A DNA stretch of 64,000 nucleotides from an uncultured virus (IMG/VR IMGVR_UViG_3300020109_000014) (taxonomy: Duplodnaviria > Heunggongvirae > Uroviricota > Caudoviricetes): the IMG/VR virus record IMGVR_UViG_3300020109_000014. One strand, written 5' to 3'. Both the position numbers and the translations under genes were made by a program. Each line of letters starts with the position of its first letter. Positions within the stretch are counted from its first letter, which is position 1. Shown here one piece after another: positions 10,701 to 19,700 of this stretch. The notes beneath the pieces are model-generated. The model was given only the letters and a program-made list of their open reading frames with translations, was not told the origin of the DNA and did not search any database.

Positions 10701-13700
10701 AAAATTAAATCATCGACAAGATATGTTTGATTTGCTGACCAAGCAACTTCTCCTATAGAAATAGATACAGTTGGTGTGGTATCATATCCACTTCCTTTAT
10801 TGGTAATTTCAACTGCCGAAATTCTACTACCAACAACAACAGGAGTTGCTGTTGCTTGAACACCATCACCTTGATTCGGAGCAGAGATAACTACAGATGG
10901 AGTTTCATTTAAATAAACATTACCACCGCCAGAAACTGAAATTGAGAATACAGTACCATATAAAGTACTAGTTACTGAACCAATAGCACCTGTTGCCGAA
11001 CCAATAACTAATGATCCAGTTGTAAATGTTGTGGATATATTTGGAGGATAAGCTAAAAATTGAGTATCTACATCATTATTTAAAATATATGAAACTGTAC
11101 CAGTAGCGATTTGAACTTCTGTATTGCCAGATCCAGCGTCAGTAATTGTTATAGGAATTTCGTCAATAACATTTTCTGGAGATGCTGCTAACTGAACAAA
11201 ATTATTTGGAAGAACAATAAGATAATAAGACTCTCCAGCAACTATAGGACCATCAGTTGTTTGAATTGGGTTAACTGGACTTGATACAATTGAAAGAATT
11301 TGACCGCTAGAGAATCCAGTTTTAGGAGTAAAGATTTTATTATTTGCTACATCAACATCAGAAGCACTGATAGTATCATTCAATCTTGTAACTTGTACAG
11401 CAATATCACCAGAATTTAATCCTTCTAAAGCAAGTCTTTGGGAAGTGTTTTCTACTGTATAAACTTTAAATGGTCTGATAGGTGGAATTTGATCTAGATT
11501 AATCTTACCATCATTTCCTAGTTCTACAAGAGCATTTGGAACTGGATTTGTTGAATATGGTTTACCAAAATATGGACCTAGGTTATTAGTTACAAAGTCT
11601 CTAACAGCTTTCTGTGTTGGTAGTTTTTGGTTTGTAGCAGCAGCACCACCTAATGTTGGCGAAGCATCAAATCCAGTAACAACAAGATCACCACCACGAA
11701 TACGTAAGAATTCAATTTCCGAGATAGATACTTGACCAGTAAAGTAAATGTTACCAGTTCTGTTTTCCATCTTCACGGTACGACCTACCTTGAAGTCACC
11801 TGCCTCATCAGTACCAGAAGCATATACTCTACCGTAACTTTGTGATACTTGCTCGTTATCTTCAATCTTCTGTCCACCATTTTCTGGTAGAGCATAGTAA
11901 TTAATACCAGAACCAATATATTCAAACGAATGACCAGAAGAGTTAATGATAGATGGTCTGAATAATCTAATTGTTTTATTAATTAATTCTGAAGTGTTGA
12001 GATTGACTATCTGACCAGATTCTTTATTTTTTATTAAAAGAGCATCATTTAACTCAATTCTAGAACTAACTTCTCCAGTTCCACCAACTGTTGTTTGAGA
12101 TACTACAGTTATAAAAAATTCAATGTCTGATACGACATTTTCATATCCATCAATTTTAACAACAAAGTTTTCTTGTGGTCTTCTTCCTAATCCATCTACA
12201 CGGAATATTGTTTTACCAGCGCCCGTAACACCAATTTCGCTAATGGTAGCAATATCAAATACATATGGTTCTTCTCTATATCCAGTAGCACGTAGAGCAT
12301 ATGTACCAAAGTTTGAAGCAGAGTTGGTAACAGAAGCATATCCACCAGATTCGGCAAGAATACCATCTTGGCAGAAGATACAGAATACAGATACCAACTG
12401 AGTGTAACCATCATTCTTAACTAAGTATCCAGTGCCTCCCTGTGAAATAATAGTGAAGGCGTTAGCAACCATCGATTTACCTTGTGGGGCAAGCTTTGAT
12501 GATCCATCTTCTTTCAAACCTGGACGAGGAACGTTAATTTGTTTAATCTTAGAACCATCAACTTCACAACCACCACCACCTAAGAATGAAATAATCGAAC
12601 AGTTTTGAATATATGGAGAAGTTTCAATAATGTCATTGGCATTAATCATTCTACCACGAATTACTGGTCTGTTACCAGCATCAATCATTGTACCAGAACC
12701 TTGTACAATTGTTGGGTTGTAAAGAGTTCCTCGATTTCTAACAACTAAAGCAACGTTATCATTAGTAGCCTCTGGTAAATCTCCACCATTTAGCACAGCA
12801 TCTAAGATGGCAAATAGATTAATTAATGTAGTAATAATATTGGCACATTCTGGATAGGATGTGTCTTCTGTAATGAATTCATCCGTAGACGCTCTTTGTA
12901 AACCTTGGAAATAATCACCAGCAAAAATACCAGGGAAGTTTGCTGGGAAGTATTTACGAGGATTGTATTGAGTGCCATAAGTAGCTGCTGGTAATGGAGC
13001 TCCAGATTGAGCTAAAGTACTATCAAGAATACTCCATAAAGTTTCTATGGTGCTTTGTACTGAAGCACATGACGTTGGATCTGTATTGTCATTAGTAAGA
13101 GGATCTGGGAGAATAGATAAATCAGTAAATGGATCTTCGTCTGTATATTCTCCTGGATCAGGTAAATTATTTGTAACTGCTAATTTAACTAGATTTTTAG
13201 CGTACTCATAAGCATATCTACTCTTTTGTAGTTCATCCTGAATAAAAGTAACAGCGCCAGTATTTGTTAAATAAGATTGAGTTGCTTGAATTGTAGCAGA
13301 GTTGCCTCCAGTAATTAAATCTTTAATCCAAGCGGTCATAATTAATTGAGTGTCTCTCAAACATTTTGCTTCATTTGGAATTGTTACAAGAGGATACTCT
13401 TCGTTAGCAGCACCTACTGCTTCCTCAGCGATATATTTAAAGTTTCTAGCAATAAGTCTAGCAGCATCAATTTTAGTTCCTCCAGAATCATTTGTGATGA
13501 TGTCAACAAACTGCTGGAATAAAGATTCTATTGATGCTTCCACGAAAGCACACTGTGGATATCCAGCAGGATCTGGTAATATATCATTGTTTACGACATA
13601 ATCTGCTGTGGCAAATTGTTTAGTATACGTTGTAGTAGCACTAGTCTTCCAATTTCTCATAGCAAGGACTGCTAGATCTTTTACCTTTTCAAAAGTTTCT

Positions 13701-16700
13701 ATACTTTGAACTAGTTGATTACCAATATAGTCAAGGTGACCAGAAGCATTTCTATATAATTCGGCAGCTTTAATAGTTTCTGAGTTGCCGCCATATCTTA
13801 AATCAAAAATGAGAGCATCTAATACATAACCAATATCTCTTTGGCATGTAGCATTATCATACTGAGAAACAAGATTAGCTAATGAAGTTGAAGGATTAAG
13901 TGTGGTTAGATATGGATAGATATTTTCAATGTATCCAACTGCTTCCTGCTTAATAAATGTCTTATTAGCAGTGATGTTATTAGCAGCATCAAACCATGGA
14001 GCACCTACTTCACTAAATGAGAAGAATAGTTTTGCTGTTGTTGTTGAAGCATTTGCTGGGAAAGCAGCAGCTGTCAATGACTTAGAGTTACCTAAAGTTA
14101 TTGTATTGCTTCCTCTATTAATTCCAATTACATAAGCATATGAATCTGGGGTAAGATCAGTGTATCTAAACTCATTAGCAGATACTCTCATTCCAAGAAC
14201 AACGCCATTTGTGTTAGGAACTGTTACTACATTATTTCCGCTTACTGTCGTACAGTCTCTAATTTCAAAATTCCAATTTCTTGTGGCAGCAATTGCCATA
14301 TGCTTGGCATAATCGTAAATGTGTAAAGTCTTACCTAATTGATCGCCAACAAAACCTACATCTAAAGTTGCTCCAGTTAAATAAGAATCTGCTGAACGAA
14401 CAATACCAACAGTACCACCAAGAATTATATCACGTTGTACGGAGCGAAGGATAATTCTTAAATCTCTCTTACATTTAGTAATGTTTGGAATTGAAACACC
14501 AGGGAAAGAAACTTCTCCTGATGCTAATGCTTCGTTAATAATAAAGTTTTCATTAATAGCAATTTGATTAGCTGTATCTAGATTTGAATTTTCAGCATCA
14601 CCAGTTAAAATATTAATGATTAAATCAAATCTATTTGTAATAGCAGTGGCAACATTCTGGCAATAAGGAGTTTCAGTATCAATAATTAAGAACTCATCTC
14701 TTACATAATCAAGATCTGTATACTCCTTCTGATAATATTGTTTTCCTGGGAATTCAATCCAATTTCTCATAGCAAGGATACATAGATCTCTTGCTTTTCT
14801 GAAAGCGGCAACAGATTGAATTAGTTGATTATCGATTAATTTGATGTTACCGTTTTGCTCCTTGTATAAATTGGCATAGTTAATACTATTTGCGTTGCTA
14901 TCATTTAAAGTTATATCATTAATGACAGCATCAATAAGAAGCTTAATATCTCTCTTACACTTAATTTCGTTAAATGAATATGTTCCTCTATTTACAGTTA
15001 TTCCAGATAAAGAATCTAAATCACCATCATTAATAGTTGTAGTAATAATAGAAACTAAAGTAGTAATTCCTGAAGCAACATCAGAGCAGACAAATTTATC
15101 AAAGTTTGTTAATCTTTCTGGATCAGCAGTAATTGATAAATCACGATAGTTCAATTGGTTTCTTATGGCAAGAATCATGAGATCTCTTGCTTTATTAAAA
15201 GCAAAAATAGATGCTGCTTCTTCATCAACCAGACCATTTGAAATTGGTTGCCCTTCTTGGAAATAAGATCTAGCAGCAGTTACTGATCTCCAGTTACTAC
15301 CGTCAGCAACGTCTTTTGCTACAGCATCAACAATGATACCAATGTCTCTACGACATTTTGTTTCACCAATTCCAAACACTCCTTGTGTTTCTGGGAAAGC
15401 ATCTAATCCAGTTAAAGATCCAGCAGTAATGACATCAGTAATAATCTTACTTAACGATGCGATTCCTGCTTGAACATCAACACATGCTGCAGCAGTTCCT
15501 GAAGGCAGATTTGGGATATTGCCACCACTTCCGTTATATTGGGCTGGTCCTGCAGTAATAGTTAAATCCTTAATTGTTAATTGATTAGTTACTGCTTTCC
15601 TCATCATATCACGAGCCATGTTGAATGCTGTGATAGATTGAGTTTCTTCGTTTACTAATCCATTTGAAAGAGGACTTGAAACATTTGTGAAATATTGATT
15701 TACAAATTCTCTTGAATATTTGTTACCTTTAGTAAATACATCTAAAGAAACTGCTTCTACAAACTTCTTAACATCACGCTTACACTTAATTTCTCCAACT
15801 AAAACATCGTAAGTAGCAGCAGCAAGGAAAGAACTTTTGGTTGTTCCTAAGTTTCCAGCAGTAATTCTGGTTGTTACAAGTGTCGTTAGAGTTGTAATTG
15901 CTGTTTGAACATCAGCACACGAAGAAGGATTGGCATTGCTTCCTGTTACAGGATCTGCTGTAATTGTGAGGTCTTTGTAATAAAGTTGATTGGTGATCGC
16001 TTGATTAATTACATCTCTTGCTTTGTTAAAAGCAACTACAGATTGTGCTTCCTCATTTTGTAATCCATTACTAATCCAAGAAGAACCATCGGGAGTGAAA
16101 TAACGTGATAAGAATGTTCTCGTATTGAAATCGGTTAATTGACGTAAATCAGCTTCAATAGCAATAACAAATTGCCCAATATCTCTCTTACACTTTGTTT
16201 CTCCCTTGAGTGTAACTGGTTCTACTTCTGCTGGAAGACCAGTTAAATTACCTGCGGTAATTCTTGCTGTAATCAATGAAGATAAAGTATCAATAGTAGA
16301 TCTTACGTTAGTACAGGAGTTAGGATTTGTATTTGATACAGCTCCAGATCCAGGTGCTGGGTCTGGAGTAATTGTAAGATCTTTAGCGAACAACTGGTTA
16401 GTAATCGCATTCTTCATCATGTCACGAGCCATGTTAAAAGCAACTACAGATTGAGCTGTTTCGTCTACAAGACCATTGGAAATAGGAATACCATTATTAA
16501 AATATTGTAGTACAAATTTACGTGAATATTTGTTTGATTTTAAAGTTAAATCTAGAGATACAGAATCAACAAAGTATGCTAAATCTCTCTTACACTTTGC
16601 TTCCCCAGCAGGAATCGTTCCTGTTGTTTCAGATGGTAAACCAATTATATTACCAGCAGTAATTCTATCTGTGACAATAAGTGCTAAGCTAGTAATAGCT

Positions 16701-19700
16701 GCTTGAACGTTAGCACAGGAGTCGGGATTTGTATTCGATACAGTTCCAGATCCAGGTGTTGGATCTGCGGTAATAGTAAGATCTTTAACTGTTAACTGGT
16801 TAGCAACAGCCCTATTCATCTCGTCTCTTGCTTTATTAAAAGCAACATTTGATTCCGCTTCTTCTCCTAGAAGACCATTGGAAATAGGAATACCATTATT
16901 AAAATATTGTAGTACAAATTTACGAGTATATGTATTACCACCACCATTAGAAATATCCAAAGATAAAGCATCGACGAAAATACCAATATCTCTCTGGCAT
17001 TTTTGTGGATTTGGATTTACAAATTCTGGATTGAATATTAAAATAGCAGCATAAGCATTTGCTATAATTTCATCTCGATTTAATTGAATTAAACGATAAG
17101 CATCTTTAAATCTAGATGTAGGAGTTGTTTGAGCATCTCCAGGATAATAGAAATCTGGGAATTGTATAGCAATTTCAGCAGCAGCACGGTCAATAATTTG
17201 CTGCCTATTCTGCTGAATTAAACGATACGAATCTCTAAATCTTGAAGAAGATGTAGTTTGAGGATCGCCAGGATAATAGAAATCTGGATACTCCACAGCA
17301 ATCTGAGCAGCAGCACGATCAATAATTTCTTGCTTGTTATTATAAATTAAATCCGCCGAATCTTCGTAACGGTTATTGTTGCCATCATTTTCTTTTACTA
17401 GATTATTGATGTTTAATGATGTTAGTACGTCAGTTACAACAGCAACTAATGATGTGATAGCAGATTGAACATCAGCACAAGCGCCAACATTATCATTTGG
17501 AATGTTTCCACCACCTCCACCATAAGTAGCAGCACCAGGAGTGATGGTTAAATCTTTAACTGTTAATTGATTAGCAATAGCTTGCTTCATCAAATCTCTA
17601 GCAGCATTGAATGCTGTTATTGACTGAGGAACTTCTCCTTCCAAACCATCTGGAATAAATGTGTTGCCATTGAAATATGTTAGAACAAACTTTCTGGCAT
17701 AGGTGTTGCCACCAACAAATACATCAAGTGATACGTAATCAACTAACAAACCAATGTCACGCTTACACTTAGATTCTAGATCAGTTGGAGCTGGGGATGG
17801 AAGACCATTTGCTTCCATAGTAGCATAAGCAGTATCAATAATTTCCTGTTTGTTTAATTGGATTAATCGATAAGCATCTTTAAATCTTGATCTCTTTGTA
17901 GTTTGAGCATCGGCAGGGAAATAAAAATCTGGATGTTGTACAGCAACTTCTGCTGAAGAACGATCAACAATTTCTTTGATATTTTGAGTAATTAAACGGT
18001 ATCCATCAGCAAATCTACTGAATTCGTCAGTAACTGAATTTCCAGGGAAAACGAAGTCTGGAAATTCTACAGCAATCTGAGCAAGTGCTTTGTCAGTAAT
18101 TTCGTTTTTGTTTTTGAGAATAAGGTTAGAAGCGTCCTTATATCTCATCGACTCATCAAGATATACATCAGGATGAATAGTAACACTATCCATCTCACTT
18201 TCTAATGATTTACTTAGATATAAAATTTTATTTTCTACATCAATAGAAGTAATGTATGTATTATCTTGAATAGCGTCACCGCTAGTTACTAATTGCCCTA
18301 CCTTTACTTTTGCAGTATTAGTTATTTGAATAAAAGATGGATAAGCATCAGCGTTTGAAGTATCAATAACTGTTTTGGTAAAAGTTGGTAATGGATAAGC
18401 AAATCCATCATATGTCTCTTTTAACCAACCATTAACTTCCTCAGCAATAAAATCTTTATTAAATTCTATCTGATTTGTAGCGTCAAAGTAACGATCATCC
18501 GTATTGTTTACTACAATATCATCAATTAAAGTAAATAAGTTTGTTAATGTAACAGCAACGTTAGTACATTCTGGAAATTCTGGATAGTTGGTAGTTCTTG
18601 GAACTAAATCATCTGTCCAAATTGGTGTAAATGATGTTTCACCTTCACTAAGTTTTAAATTAATATTTCTTGTTTTAAAGCCTGTTATTTCACCATCAGC
18701 AAAAGTGTGATCTGCTCCAGAAAGACCTGTATTAAATTTCCAGATTCTTATTTGAGTTGGAGATACAACTTCTTTAATGAAGTAATCTGTTTCTACTTGT
18801 TGTTCTAGATTATTATAAGAATATAATCTCATTTTGGGAACAAGACCAATTGTTCCTGCTGCTGAAACAACTTCAACAATATCACTATCTTTTTTAAACT
18901 TCAGACTAATTTTTGTTTGCCAATTTCTCATGGCAAGAATAGCATAATCTCTTGCTAATTGGAAAGCAAAACGAGATTGTCTATGCTGGTTATCAATATA
19001 TTCAACTGATTGAGTAGAATTATTTCTATATGATTTTGCCGCTTCGATTGAAGTAGCGTTGCCACCATATGGGAGATCGGCAATAACAGCATTTAAAATA
19101 TGTTTAAGATCTCTCTTACAAAGATTTTCTCCATCTGAAGCACCATCGTCAGAACTAACTGGTGGTAATCCAGTCAAATTGCCAGCACTAATAGCACTAG
19201 TTAAAATGGTTGTTAAAGTAGTAATAGCGGTTTTAACGTTAGCACAATTATTTTCCCCAACAGTTAAGTATGTTGTTGGATCATGAGTTATTGAAAGATC
19301 TCTATATGCTTTTAACGGCGAATAAGTTGGAGTTATAGGCAATGAATTGTTAACAGCTAATTTTGCATATTCAGCAGCTTTGGTGAAAACAGCAATAGAT
19401 TGAGGTTCAACACCAACAAGACCATTAGGAATTGGCACTCCAGTAATGGCATTAAAATAAGATCTGGTTACAACAATTGTACTCTTATTTGATCCGTCAT
19501 ATAAATCATTTGCCAGACCTCTTAAAAAGATCTTGACATCTCTACGGCATTTACTTTTTAATGCTAAGTTTGCTGCTCCCCAAGTAGCAAAGTTTGATTC
19601 ATTCCACAACCATCCAATAGCTTCATCGGCAATAAAATCTAAATTTTTGTAGATTAAATTTCTAGCATCTTTAAATCTTAATCTACTAGCATTTGTACCA

